Shown here: one piece after another, positions 50,474-60,758 of the stretch
Layout of the letters: each line of letters opens with the position of its first letter
Numbering within the stretch: position 1 is the stretch's first letter
From: an uncultured Gammaproteobacteria bacterium
Lineage (GTDB): Bacteria > Pseudomonadota > Gammaproteobacteria > Steroidobacterales > Steroidobacteraceae
Reading direction: 5' to 3'
Assembly: GCA_963795685.1 (NCBI GenBank)
Contig: CAWCJE010000004.1
Span: 45,437 to 109,436, forward strand
DNA length: 64,000 nt
Position numbers and translations under genes: made by a program
The notes under the pieces: generated by a model
What the model was told of the DNA's origin: nothing
Databases searched by the model: none
Seen by the model: the letters and a program-made list of their open reading frames with translations, nothing else

Positions 50474-51890
50474 ATGTCGGCGGAAGATAGAGCGCGCACC
50501 CTCGATCAGCCGGCAATTGGTCATCGCCGTTGCGGTGCCGCTTCTGCTCTCGTTTGCCCTGACGGTCGTGGTGCTTGATCGGATTTTTCAGGATTCGGCG
50601 ATGCGGCGCATTGCGCGAGCGCCTGGATCAGGAAGTGGTGTCGCTGGTTACCGCGGCCGAACTTACCGATGCCGGGCGCATGGAATTGCGATTGCTCGAT
50701 CCGGAATCGCGCCTGAGCCGCCGGCGATCGGGTCAGTACGCGGCCGTGCGCGCGGCGAGCGGCCGCGATTTGTGGACCTCGCCGTCGCTGGCAGGCCTTC
50801 CGGTCAATTTCGGCGCTCCGGTCGGCAAAGGGCAGGTCTCCTTTTATACGAGCACTCTGGCCGATGGCACCGTGCTCGGGATTCTCAACCGCGGCTTGGA
50901 ATGGGACTCCGCGCCGGGCACGAGCGCCGAGCTGGTGTTCAGCGTGGCCGAGGACCTGGCGGGACAGAACGCGCGTCAACGGCATTTCCGAAACCAGCTG
51001 TGTGCTCTGGTTTGGTGGCCTGGCAATCCTGCTTCTGGCGGTACTGGGCGCACTGTTGCGCCGAGTTCTGCGCCCGGTGCACCGACTCGAACAGGAGATT
51101 GCCGAGCGTCGACAGCGGCCAGCAGTGCGCAGCTCGGGGAAGGCTATCCGCGCGAACTCGCAGGCGTCGCGCGTTCGCTCAATGCCTTGCTCGGCTCGGA
51201 GCAGCGCCGGATCCGCCGATATCGAGACACGCTCGGAAACCTTGCCCACAGCCTGAAGACGCCACTTGCCGTAATCCGCACGGCGCTGGCGAGCGATGCG
51301 GAGAAGCATTCCGCCGTGAACCGGGAAATTGACCGCATGGCGCAAATCGTGGATCGCCAGCTGCAGCGCGCCGGCATGAGTGGCGGCGCAACGCTAGGGC
51401 AGGCAGCAGTACCGGTCGCGCCAGTGATTGCCGAACTGCGCGCGGCGATGCGCAAGGTACACGCGCAGCAAGGACCTGGTGATCGAGAGCGGACGTCGCG
51501 CCGGAGACCGGATTTGTCGGCGATCGGGGGGACCTGTTGGAGGTGCTCGGGCAATCTGCTGGATAACGCCTGCAAGTGGTGCCGCAGTACGGTGCGAATC
51601 CAGGCGCGTCTGGATTCGGTGTTACCACCCAGCGCGATGTCTGACCATCAGGGTCGAGGACGACGGCCCCGGGATTGCCCCCGAGCAGCGCCGCCGCGTA
51701 CTCGACCGAGGCGTGCGAGCGGACGAGCGCGCACCGGGAAACGGACTGGGTCTGGCCATGGTTGCCGACACCGTGATCTTGTATGGGGGGGAGCTTCTGA
51801 TCAGCGAATCACCCGCAGCTGCATGGGGCTTGCCTGCACCTGGCGCTGCCGGGCCGGTCGATCGAAACGGGCGTGTTAACATCCTCATGA
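50474..51890 (+). pseudogene. PhoQ-like sensor histidine kinase, frame broken about 8-10 times
   Basis: TM1 LVIAVAVPLLLSFALTVVVL, a periplasmic region, TM2 VLWFGGLAILLLAVLGALL, H-box LGNLAHSLKTPLAV, N-box LGNLLDNACKW, and G-boxes RVEDDGPGI and GNGLGLAMV are found only by hopping frames. The start is uncertain. Confidence 0.75.
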
Positions 51891-53246
51891 TGAGATCGAC
51901 GGAGAACAATTCCTGGCAGCCGACCAGCTGGCAGGCCCGAAAGGCGCACCAGCAGCCCGTGTATTCGGATCCGGCGGCACTGGAAAGGGCGGTCGCCGAC
52001 CTCTCGCGCCTGCCGCCGATCGTCGTGTCCTGGGAAATCGAGAATCTGCGTAACCGACTGGCGGCCGCCCAGCGGGGCGAGGCGTTTTTGCTGCAGGGCG
52101 GGGACTGCGCCGAGAGTTTCTCGGACTGCGATTCCGATCGCATAGCGCGGCAATTAAAAGTGCTGCTGCAGATGAGCCTGGTGTTGCTGCACGCGATGAA
52201 GCGGCCCGTGGTCCGTGTCGGGCGTTTTGCCGGCCAGTACGCCAAGCCCCGTTCGGCTGACACCGAGACTCGCGAAGGCGTTTCGCTCCCCGCCTACCGC
52301 GGCGATCTGGTCAATCAGCCCGAGTTTAGCGCCGCGGCGCGCCGTGCCGATCCGCAGCTGCTGTTGCGCGGCTACGAGCGTGCGGCCCTGACGCTCAATT
52401 TTGTGCGTGCGCTGGTCGATGGCGGCTTTGCCGACCTGCATCATCCCGAGTACTGGGATCTGGGTTTCGTCCGCCACGCGCAGCTGCGCGAAGCCTACGA
52501 GCGCATCGTGCATTCCATCGGGGACGCGCTCGATTTCTTCGAGTCCCTGACCGGCCAGAAGGCGGGTGATTCGAACCGGGTCGAATTCTTCGCCAGCCAT
52601 GAGGGATTGCATCTGCTGTACGAGCAGGCGCAAACCCGCTACATCGCCCGTCAGGAGCGCTGGTACAACCTTTCCACGCATATGCCGTGGATCGGCATGC
52701 GCACCGCGCAGGTCGAGGGTGCGCACGTGGAGTATTTCCGCGGCATCGCCAATCCCGATCGGCGTCAAGATCGGCACGGCCATGACCGATGAGTGGCTGC
52801 AGGAGCTGGTGGGGATTCTCAATCCGCAGAACCAGCCCGGGCGCCTGACGCTGATCCATCGCTTTGGTGCGAAGGACATCGAACAGCATTTGCCGCGGGT
52901 GATTGCCGCCGTGCGCCGCACCGGCGCGACTGTGCTGTGGTGCTGTGATCCGATGCACGGCAATACCGAAACCACCAGCGGCGGGCTCAAGACGCGGCGC
53001 TTCGAGAACATTTTGCGCGAACTGGACCTGTCATTTCGCATTCATCGCGAACTGGGCTCGATCCTGGGCGGTGCCCACATCGAACTGACGGGCGAGGATG
53101 TCACGGAATGCACGGGAGGGGCGCGCGGCCTGACCGACGCGGACCTGCAGCGCGCTTACCGCTCCCAGGTGGATCCTCGACTGAACTACGAGCAGGCGCT
53201 CGAACTGGCGATGCTGATTGCCGAGCGCAGCAAGCAGCGCACGTGA
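51887..53246 (+). pseudogene. class II 3-deoxy-7-phosphoheptulonate (DAHP) synthase, single frame break ~52756
   Basis: SWQPTSWQARKAHQQPVY...LLQGGDCAESF...FAGQYAKPRS is class II AroA. GIANP / IGVKIGTAMT...CDPMHGNT...HIELTGEDVTEC continues in the next frame. Confidence 0.85.
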
Positions 53247-55052
53247 GTGCCCGAGTCCGCCCCCACATTTGACCCGCAACAGTTTGTTGCCAGCCTGCCG
53301 CTGCGGCCGGGCGTTTATCGCATGTACGACGCGGCCGGCGAGCTCGTCTACGTCGGCAAGGCGGCGCGCCTGCGCGACCGGGTGGGGAGCTATTTCAAGG
53401 CGAAGTCGGACTCACCCAAGGTAGCCGCGATGCTGCGCCGGGTGGCGCGCATCGAAGTGACGGTGGTCGGCTCAGAGACCGATGCCTTGCTGCTCGAGTG
53501 CAACCTGATCAAGGCGCACCGCCCGCGCTACAACGTCATCTTCCGGGACGACAAGACCTTCCCGTACATACTGTGCGCCCCGGGCCACGAATTTCCGCGC
53601 CTGCAGTTCTGGCGCGGCCTGCGCCGGCCGGCGGGTCAGCTTTTCGGACCGTTCCCCACCGCGCACGTCGTCAAGGAGGTGCTGCTGCAGCTGCAGAAGG
53701 TCTTCCGGATCCGCAACTGCCGCGACTCTTTCTTTGCCCACCGCAGCCGTCCTTGCCTGCAATACCAGATCGGCCGATGCACCGCGCCGTGTGTGGGACT
53801 GATCAGCGCGCAGGACTACGGAAGGGACCTGGATTCCGCACTGCAGGTGCTCCAAGGGGGGAGCGAGGCGGTGAGTGAGGAGCTGAGCGCTCGCATGGCC
53901 AGTGCCTCGGCGGCATTGCAGTACGAGGTCGCCGCTCGCCTGCGCGATCAGCTGGCGGGCCTGAGTGAATTGCAGTCACAGCAGATCACCAATGCGCCGC
54001 GCACCCGGGATGTCGATGTCGTTGCGCTGGTGGGGGAGCCGGGACGGTACGGAGTAACGCTCCTCACCGTGCGCGAAGGGCAGAGCCTTGGTACCACAAA
54101 CTTCTTTCCGGCGGCTCTGGGCGAGCCGGCCGAGACCCTCGCCGAGTTTCTGCTGCTCCACTATGCGAGCCAGACGGTTCCGGGAGAAATTTTGATCAAT
54201 CAACAGTTGCCCGATCACGAGGCCGTCGCCGAAGCCTTGGTGGCCGTGTCCGGCCGCAGCGTGCACCTGCACCGGAGCGGCCGCGGCTTGCCGGGACGCT
54301 GGCTGGAACTGGCGGAGGAGAACGCGCGCCAGGCGCTGCGCATGCGCGCGGACCGGCACGACTCGGTGGCCCGGGCTCTGGAGGCGCTGACTTTGGCGTT
54401 GCCGTTGCCGCGCGCTCCGGAACGTATTGAATGTTTCGACATCAGCCACACGGGCGGTGAGGGCACGGTCGCGGCCTGCGTCGTGTTTGGCCCGGACGGG
54501 GCGGTCAAGCGGGCCTACCGGCGCTACAACATCGAGGGCGTGGCGCCCGGGGACGACTACGCGGCGCTGGAGCAGGCACTGGCGCGGCACGGGGCCCGCA
54601 TTGTGTCCGGCGACTTGCCTCGACCCGATCTGCTTCTTATCGATGGGGGTGCGGGCCAGCTCCGGGCCGCAGAGCAGGGCCTGGCGAGGGCAAAATGCGA
54701 AGGACTGATCCTTTTGGGCATCTCCAAGGGGCCGGACCGCAGGCCCGGTCAGGAAAGATTGCACTGGCCGGGTGATTCGGTGGCGCGCACGCTCCCGCCC
54801 GACAGTCCTGCATTGCACCTCTTGCAACGCATCCGCGATGAAGCTCACCGCTTCGCCATCACCGGCCACCGCCGGCGGCGCGCCCGGCGTTACACCGAGT
54901 CCATACTCGAGACCGTGCCGGGGCTCGGACCCGCCCGACGGCGCGCGTTGTTGGTGCATTTTGGAGGTCTGCCCGGAGTACTGCGCGCCGGTATCGCCGA
55001 TTTGGAGCGCGTACCGGGAGTCGGGACAGCGGCTGGCGCGAATTTTATATGA
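53247..55052 (+). CDS. uvrC: excinuclease ABC subunit C
   Basis: GIY-YIG PGVYRMYDAAGELVYVGKAARLRDRVGSYF, a UVR domain, an endonuclease V-like domain and a (HhH)2 C-terminus. GTG start directly after the upstream stop. It is intact. Confidence 0.9.
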   Translation: MPESAPTFDPQQFVASLPLRPGVYRMYDAAGELVYVGKAARLRDRVGSYFKAKSDSPKVAAMLRRVARIEVTVVGSETDALLLECNLIKAHRPRYNVIFRDDKTFPYILCAPGHEFPRLQFWRGLRRPAGQLFGPFPTAHVVKEVLLQLQKVFRIRNCRDSFFAHRSRPCLQYQIGRCTAPCVGLISAQDYGRDLDSALQVLQGGSEAVSEELSARMASASAALQYEVAARLRDQLAGLSELQSQQITNAPRTRDVDVVALVGEPGRYGVTLLTVREGQSLGTTNFFPAALGEPAETLAEFLLLHYASQTVPGEILINQQLPDHEAVAEALVAVSGRSVHLHRSGRGLPGRWLELAEENARQALRMRADRHDSVARALEALTLALPLPRAPERIECFDISHTGGEGTVAACVVFGPDGAVKRAYRRYNIEGVAPGDDYAALEQALARHGARIVSGDLPRPDLLLIDGGAGQLRAAEQGLARAKCEGLILLGISKGPDRRPGQERLHWPGDSVARTLPPDSPALHLLQRIRDEAHRFAITGHRRRRARRYTESILETVPGLGPARRRALLVHFGGLPGVLRAGIADLERVPGVGTAAGANFI

Positions 55053-55073
55053 TCACCTGCACCCGGGGGCCTG

Positions 55074-55646
55074 ATGGTCTGGAATCTGCCGATAGTCTTG
55101 ACGTGGATGCGGATCCTGGCGATTCCGCTGATCATCCTGTTGTGCGTCATGGGAAAGCGCAACCCGCTCGGCGCGGCCGACGCCGCGGCCGGCCTGGTGT
55201 TCGCGGCGGCCGCCATCACCGATACGCTCGATGGGTACCTGGCGCGCCGCCTTGGCCAGACGACAGCGCTCGGCGCCTTTCTTGATCCGGTCGCCGACAA
55301 GCTGATCGTCGCGGTGGCTTTGGTGCTGATCGTAAGTCGCGATCAGCACCTGCTCATGGTATTGGCGGCGGTGGTCATCATTGGCCGTGAGATCGCCGTC
55401 TCGGCGTTGCGCGAGTGGATGGCGGAGTTGGGCTATCGAACCAAGGTGGCAGTGTCCGCCCTGGGCAAGTACAAGACCATCGTGCAGATGGTGGGAGTGA
55501 GCCTCCTGCTGTACCGGCATGAGCTGCTGGGTGTGCCCATGTATTTCCTGGGCAAGTGGCTCACTGTGGTTGCCGCAGTGCTGACGCTAGTGTCCATGTT
55601 CATGTACCTGAAAGCGGCACTCCCGTACCTGCGCGCGCGCTCGTGA
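55074..55646 (+). CDS. pgsA: CDP-diacylglycerol--glycerol-3-phosphate 3-phosphatidyltransferase
   Basis: CDP-alcohol transferase motif DGYLARRLGQTTALGAFLDPVADK, with four to five TM segments. Confidence 0.9.
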   Translation: MVWNLPIVLTWMRILAIPLIILLCVMGKRNPLGAADAAAGLVFAAAAITDTLDGYLARRLGQTTALGAFLDPVADKLIVAVALVLIVSRDQHLLMVLAAVVIIGREIAVSALREWMAELGYRTKVAVSALGKYKTIVQMVGVSLLLYRHELLGVPMYFLGKWLTVVAAVLTLVSMFMYLKAALPYLRARS

Positions 55647-55751
55647 GTCACGGCGGGGAAGGGCGATGGATTGCTGCTGGCAAAGTTCTCCACCGTCGGT
55701 GGGCGTGCTGACCGGAACTGAGGGGCCGATCGGTCAGTCTGCGCCCAGCGA

Positions 55752-57608
55752 CTACTTAATTATTTCAAAGTCGTTGCTGCCCACGGCCCGCGCGAAGTCG
55801 CCCCAGTTTCCGGTTCTTCGCCAGTGATCGACAAATCCAATATCACGCACGAGATCCTTAAAGCGCGGATCCTGGCGTAGCTCGGCAAAGGACGGATGCC
55901 AGATCTCGATAACGGTCAGGCCGTGCATCTCGGCAAAGCCGCGCCGCAACGCCTGGATAGCAAGATCACGGTCGCCGAAATAAACGGCCCACATCGCCAA
56001 AGCGGCCAGCCGCGAGCCGTCCTGATAGGCGGGATCATCGAACGCCGCGCGTAGGATCTTGAGTGCCGGCTCAGGCTGACCCGACACCTGCAGCAACTGC
56101 GCATCAAAGGCCATCCACGACAAGCCAGCATTAAGATAAGACGCAAAGCGCTGTCTTAGTCGCGCGTCGCGACGCGCCAGCAGGCGTGCCACCGCACGCC
56201 ACTCGACGGCGCCACGGTTGCCGGCCAAGTCCTGGCTGCGTTGGTATTCAACTTCGGCTTCTTCAAAACGGTCCGCGATGTCGAGTAAGACCTGCAGGTC
56301 AAAAGACACTCCGAGCGCAAGCGGGTCGGCTTGGCGCGCCGTGAGGCATTCGCGCACGGCGGCCTGCGAGCGTCCGAGCGTACCCAATAAGAAAGAGAAA
56401 CTCCCGAAGGCGTCGCCACCGCGGCCGCCCCATGCGGTGAGACTTTCATCTACCTCGGCCCAATCGTAATGCACCCAACCCAAAGCGGCTTGAGCTGCTT
56501 GGGTTTCCGGCAGCTCTGGAGCGAGTTTGGCGGCTCGAGCGATCGCCTGTTCCATTTCCGGGCGCACTTCTGCAATGGTTGCGGGATGAAAAATGAGGCT
56601 GCTGATAATTGCGGTGGCAAGACCCGCCCAGGCCAAGGCGAATTCCGGATCCAGAGTCACCGCTCTGCGATAGAGCTCGAGCGAGCGCGGGGCTTCGGGT
56701 CCGTGCGTATTGCTGAGCGCTCGCGCGCGCAGAAACAGATCGTAGGCGTCCAGATTCATTGTGCCCCCGGGCACACGCCTCTGCTCGCCCAGCTTAAAGG
56801 TGACGCCCAGAGCTCCACTGACGGCGCGGGCGACGTCCTCCTGGATCGCAAACACATCATCGAGCTGCCGATCGTAGGTTGCAGACCACAGGTGGAAGCC
56901 ATCCCGGCACTTGATCAGCTGTGCGGTGATTCGCAGGCGGCTTCCTGCCTTGCGCACACTGCCCTCCAGCACATGATTGACGCCAAGCTTATTGCCGATC
57001 AGTCGAAAATCATCCGTCTTGCCCTTGAAGGCGAAGCACGAAGTGCGCCCGGCGATGCGCAGTCCCCTGACATGCGCGAGCTGATTGATCAGTTCCTCAG
57101 AGAGCCCATCGGCGAAGTATTCTTGATCGGCGTCAGGTGACATGTTGACGAATGGCAACACCGCAATGGAGATCTCGCCGTCGTCCATGGGTGCCGGTGC
57201 GCTGGCCCTCCCGGCAGCGGGCTCGAGCAATGCGCTGAGCGCCCGCGACAGATTTCTAAAGGCGGCGCCAGCAGGATTTGCACCCCAATGATCCAGATCG
57301 ATTGTGTGTACCGCGCGGGCGTCAATCGGCAACCTGGCATTATCGAATCTTACCGGTACCAGGATGCCCCGATCGGCGGCCTCACGTGCTTCGCCGCGTA
57401 CCCAACGCGAGTCGACCGACAGTGGAGTCCAGACCACGATGACCGCTCTGGCGGCGTCAAGTTCGGCGGAGATCTGGCGATCAAATTCCTGGCCCGCCGT
57501 GACCTCAGGATCCCACCAGACCGACCAGCCCCGCCCTTGCAGGGCATCGACCAAGGGCGCGACGCGCTCTTTGTCCAGGCGCGCGTAAGAGAGGAAGATA
57601 TCGGCCAT
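55752..57608 (-). CDS. TIR-domain protein fused to a TolB-N-like module and a TPR/C-terminal conserved region
   Basis: N-terminal TIR is MADIFLSYARLDKERVAPLVDAL...VIVVWTPLSVDSRWVRGEAREA. The middle region is ISIAVLPFVNMSPDADQEYFADGLSEELI...LRITAQLI. The helical-repeat C-terminus ends in DPRFKDLVRDIGFVDHWRRTGNWGDF. Confidence 0.7.
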   Translation of the reverse strand: MADIFLSYARLDKERVAPLVDALQGRGWSVWWDPEVTAGQEFDRQISAELDAARAVIVVWTPLSVDSRWVRGEAREAADRGILVPVRFDNARLPIDARAVHTIDLDHWGANPAGAAFRNLSRALSALLEPAAGRASAPAPMDDGEISIAVLPFVNMSPDADQEYFADGLSEELINQLAHVRGLRIAGRTSCFAFKGKTDDFRLIGNKLGVNHVLEGSVRKAGSRLRITAQLIKCRDGFHLWSATYDRQLDDVFAIQEDVARAVSGALGVTFKLGEQRRVPGGTMNLDAYDLFLRARALSNTHGPEAPRSLELYRRAVTLDPEFALAWAGLATAIISSLIFHPATIAEVRPEMEQAIARAAKLAPELPETQAAQAALGWVHYDWAEVDESLTAWGGRGGDAFGSFSFLLGTLGRSQAAVRECLTARQADPLALGVSFDLQVLLDIADRFEEAEVEYQRSQDLAGNRGAVEWRAVARLLARRDARLRQRFASYLNAGLSWMAFDAQLLQVSGQPEPALKILRAAFDDPAYQDGSRLAALAMWAVYFGDRDLAIQALRRGFAEMHGLTVIEIWHPSFAELRQDPRFKDLVRDIGFVDHWRRTGNWGDFARAVGSNDFEIIK

Positions 57609-57674
57609 CGGTTCAGGTTATTGCATTTGCGAAGGGATTGGAAACCTGGAGCCCGCGATTTTCGTGACTGTTGG

Positions 57675-60600
57675 TCAGTGAAAGTCGCGCGAGCGGCGCG
57701 CCACCCCGGCAAGCCAGCGCGAACGATCATGCAGACTTTGGGCCACCACGTGCGTGACGCCGTGCTGGTTCTGCAGCGTGCCCTTCACCTCCAGGAGACT
57801 TGCCGTGAGGGCGGGCATGCGCTGGGTCGCAAACACCTGTGGCCAGAGAATTACATTGACGATGCCGGTCTCGTCCTCGAGCGAAAGGAACACTACGCCG
57901 GAGGCGGTGCCCGGCTGCTGCAGATGGGTGACCAGTCCTCCCACGCGCACTCGCGCCCCATCGGGGAGGGCGCGCAGTTCCAGGTTGCTGCTCAGTCCCA
58001 AGGCGCGCAAACGCTCGCGCATCAGGCGCAGCGGATGATCCGTCGTGCTTAAGGAAAGCTGCTGATAATCGGCCATGATTTCTTCGGTCGCGCTGGGCCG
58101 CGGCAGCGCTACGGCCGGTTCGGCTGCCGCCTCAAGGGCCAGCGTGCCCGGTGGCGGCTCGGCGCCCAGAGCCAGCCAGCTGGCCGCGTGCCGATGCTCG
58201 CTCAATGACCGCAATGCACCCGCGCGCGCCAGCAGCTGCAGGCTCCGCCGCGACAGCATCGCGCGCCGGGCGAGCTCGGCGATGCTAAGAAACGCCTGCT
58301 CCTTGCGAGCGGCAATGACGCGTTCGGCGTCGGCTCGCGGGAGCGAACGGACCAACGCCAGGCCAATGCGGATGGCGAGCGCTGCCCCGCTCGCCGCCTC
58401 CAGTGTGCAATCCCACTCGCTGATCAGTACATCGGGCGGCAGGATGCTCACGCCACTGCGCCGTGCTTCCTGCACGAGCTGTGCAGGTTGGTAGAAGCCC
58501 ATCGGTTGGCTGTTGAGAAGCGCGGCAATAAAGGCTGCGGGCTCGTGGCATTTGAGCCAGCAGGAGACATAGGTAAGCAAGGCGAAGGAGGCGGCGTGCG
58601 ATTCGGGAAATCCGTAATCGCCAAAGCCGAGGATCTGTTTATAGATGCTGTGGGCAAACTCGGTGGTGTAACCGTTGTCGGCCATTCCCGAGAGCAACCG
58701 TTCGCGGAACGGTTCCAGCCCGCCGCGGCGCTTCCAGGCTGCCATGGAGCGACGCAGCTGATCGGCCTCGCCGGCGGAGAAGTTGGCGGCGGCCACCGCA
58801 ATCTGCATCACCTGTTCCTGGAAGATCGGGACCCCAAGCGTGCGGCGCAGAACCTCAGCCAGGGCCGGACTGGGATAGGTGACGCCGGTCGGATCCTGTC
58901 GCCGCCGCAGGTACGGGTGCACCATGCCCCCCTGGATCGGGCCGGGGCGGATGATCGCCACTTCGATCACCAGGTCATAGAAGCAGCGCGGGCGCAGTCG
59001 CGGCAGCATGCTCATCTGGGCGCGCGATTCGATCTGGAATACTCCGACGGTCTCGCCGCGGCAGATCATGTCGTAGGTGGAGCGATCTTCGGGAGGGATG
59101 TCCTGTACGCATCTTGGCCAGCCGCGATGTGCGGACGTGAGTTCGAGTGCCTTGCGGATCGCAGTGAGCATGCCGAGCGCCAGCACATCCACCTTGAGCA
59201 GGCCCAGGGTTTCCAGATCATCCTTGTCCCACTGGATCACGGTGCGTCCGGGCATGGCGGCGTTCTCGATCGGCACCAGTTGATGCAGGGGCTCCCCGGA
59301 AATCACAAAGCCACCCACATGCTGGGAAAGATGGCGCGGGAAACCGCGCAGCTCGGCCATGAGCTGTGCGGCAAGCGCCACTGCCGCCGGGGAGGATTCC
59401 GGCTTCGTTCCGGCGCTGATGCCCAGCGCCCGCTCGACATCGCGCCGCGCGCTGCGTGAGCGATAGGTGATGACGGTGGCGGCGAGCGCGGTGCGCTCAC
59501 GCCCATATTTGGTGTAGATGTACTGGATGACCTCTTCGCGCCGCTCGTGTTCAAAGTCGACATCGATATCGGGGGGCTCGCGCCGCTCGCGACTGACGAA
59601 GCGCTCAAACAGCAGGCTCATGCGCGCCGGGTCGACTTCGGTAATGCCCAGGGCGTAGCAAACCGCGGAGTTGGCCGCCGAGCCGCGTCCCTGACAGAGT
59701 ATGCCGCGTTGCCGTGCAAAGGCGACCAGGTCATGCACCGTAAGAAAGAAGTGCTCGTACTTGAGCTCGGCGATCAGCCGCAGTTCTTTTTCCAGAAGCG
59801 CCGCGACCGCGACTGGCACCCCGTCAGGCCAACGCCTTCTTGCGCCCGCTTCGCTCAGCTGCCGCAACTGTGCCGTAGCGCTCTGGCCGGCCGGCACCAG
59901 TTCGGCCGGATACTCATAGTGCAGTTGACCCAGATCGAAACGGCAGCGCTCGGCAATCGTGAGGCTGGCGGTCAGCAACTTTGGAGGATAAAGACGCGCG
60001 AGCGTCTGCCGCTCGCGCAGATGCCGCTCGCCGTTGGCGAACAATCGCCTGCCCGCCGTGGCCACCGTGCAGCCGTGGCGAATCGCCGTCAGCAGATCCT
60101 GCAGCCGCCTGCGGCTGCGTCGATGCATGTGCACATCCCCGGATGCCACGGCCGGCAGATCGCACTGGCTGGCCAGTTCCAGGCAGCGCGTCAGGCGCGC
60201 GGCATCGCTGGCGCCGCGGTGCAACTCCACCGCCAGCCAGGACCGCTGTGAGAAGCACTCGCGGAACCATTGTCCCTGGCGCAGCGTGGCTGCGGCGCTT
60301 AGGGTGCGGGTCGATGGTGGCAACCAGAGCGCCAGGCAGGCCTCGAGCCCGGATTCGAGATCCTGAGGGCCGAGCGTATAGCTGCCCTTGCTCGCGCGCC
60401 TTCGGGCGCGGGTGATGAGCTGGCAGATCTGCGCGTAGGCGCGCTGTTCGGGCGCCAGCAACACCAGCTGCAGACCTTCCTCGCAGCGAAATTCGGCACC
60501 GATGATCAGCTGCAGCGCGCTGCCTTCCGGCAGGGCGCGCCGCGCCTCATAGGCGCGCACCACGCCGGCCAGCGAGCATTCGTCGGTCAGGGCCAGGGCG

Positions 60601-60704
60601 CGATACCCCAGCTCGTGCGCGCGCGTTACCAGTTCGGCCGGATGCGAAGCGCCGCGCAGGAAGCTGAAATTGCTCACGCAATGCAGTTCGGCGTATTCGA
60701 TCAT
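57675..60704 (-). CDS. dnaE2: error-prone DNA polymerase III alpha-like subunit
   Basis: PHP N-terminus YAELHCVSNFSFLRGASHPAELV. It is 1009 aa and intact, and lies downstream of imuB. Confidence 0.9.
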   Translation of the reverse strand: MIEYAELHCVSNFSFLRGASHPAELVTRAHELGYRALALTDECSLAGVVRAYEARRALPEGSALQLIIGAEFRCEEGLQLVLLAPEQRAYAQICQLITRARRRASKGSYTLGPQDLESGLEACLALWLPPSTRTLSAAATLRQGQWFRECFSQRSWLAVELHRGASDAARLTRCLELASQCDLPAVASGDVHMHRRSRRRLQDLLTAIRHGCTVATAGRRLFANGERHLRERQTLARLYPPKLLTASLTIAERCRFDLGQLHYEYPAELVPAGQSATAQLRQLSEAGARRRWPDGVPVAVAALLEKELRLIAELKYEHFFLTVHDLVAFARQRGILCQGRGSAANSAVCYALGITEVDPARMSLLFERFVSRERREPPDIDVDFEHERREEVIQYIYTKYGRERTALAATVITYRSRSARRDVERALGISAGTKPESSPAAVALAAQLMAELRGFPRHLSQHVGGFVISGEPLHQLVPIENAAMPGRTVIQWDKDDLETLGLLKVDVLALGMLTAIRKALELTSAHRGWPRCVQDIPPEDRSTYDMICRGETVGVFQIESRAQMSMLPRLRPRCFYDLVIEVAIIRPGPIQGGMVHPYLRRRQDPTGVTYPSPALAEVLRRTLGVPIFQEQVMQIAVAAANFSAGEADQLRRSMAAWKRRGGLEPFRERLLSGMADNGYTTEFAHSIYKQILGFGDYGFPESHAASFALLTYVSCWLKCHEPAAFIAALLNSQPMGFYQPAQLVQEARRSGVSILPPDVLISEWDCTLEAASGAALAIRIGLALVRSLPRADAERVIAARKEQAFLSIAELARRAMLSRRSLQLLARAGALRSLSEHRHAASWLALGAEPPPGTLALEAAAEPAVALPRPSATEEIMADYQQLSLSTTDHPLRLMRERLRALGLSSNLELRALPDGARVRVGGLVTHLQQPGTASGVVFLSLEDETGIVNVILWPQVFATQRMPALTASLLEVKGTLQNQHGVTHVVAQSLHDRSRWLAGVARRSRDFH

Positions 60705-60758
60705 CGCGTCCTCACGCCCGCCGGTGCGGCATGGGCCGGTGCATGGCCGGTGCGCTCC

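Noticed and set aside
51428-52792. A 454-aa ORF that looks like a kinase-DAHP synthase fusion.
   Set aside because: It is a frame artefact. The kinase C-terminus most plausibly leaves this frame at ~51815 and stops at the TGA at 51888-51890. The DAHP synthase starts at ATG 51887 in this frame.
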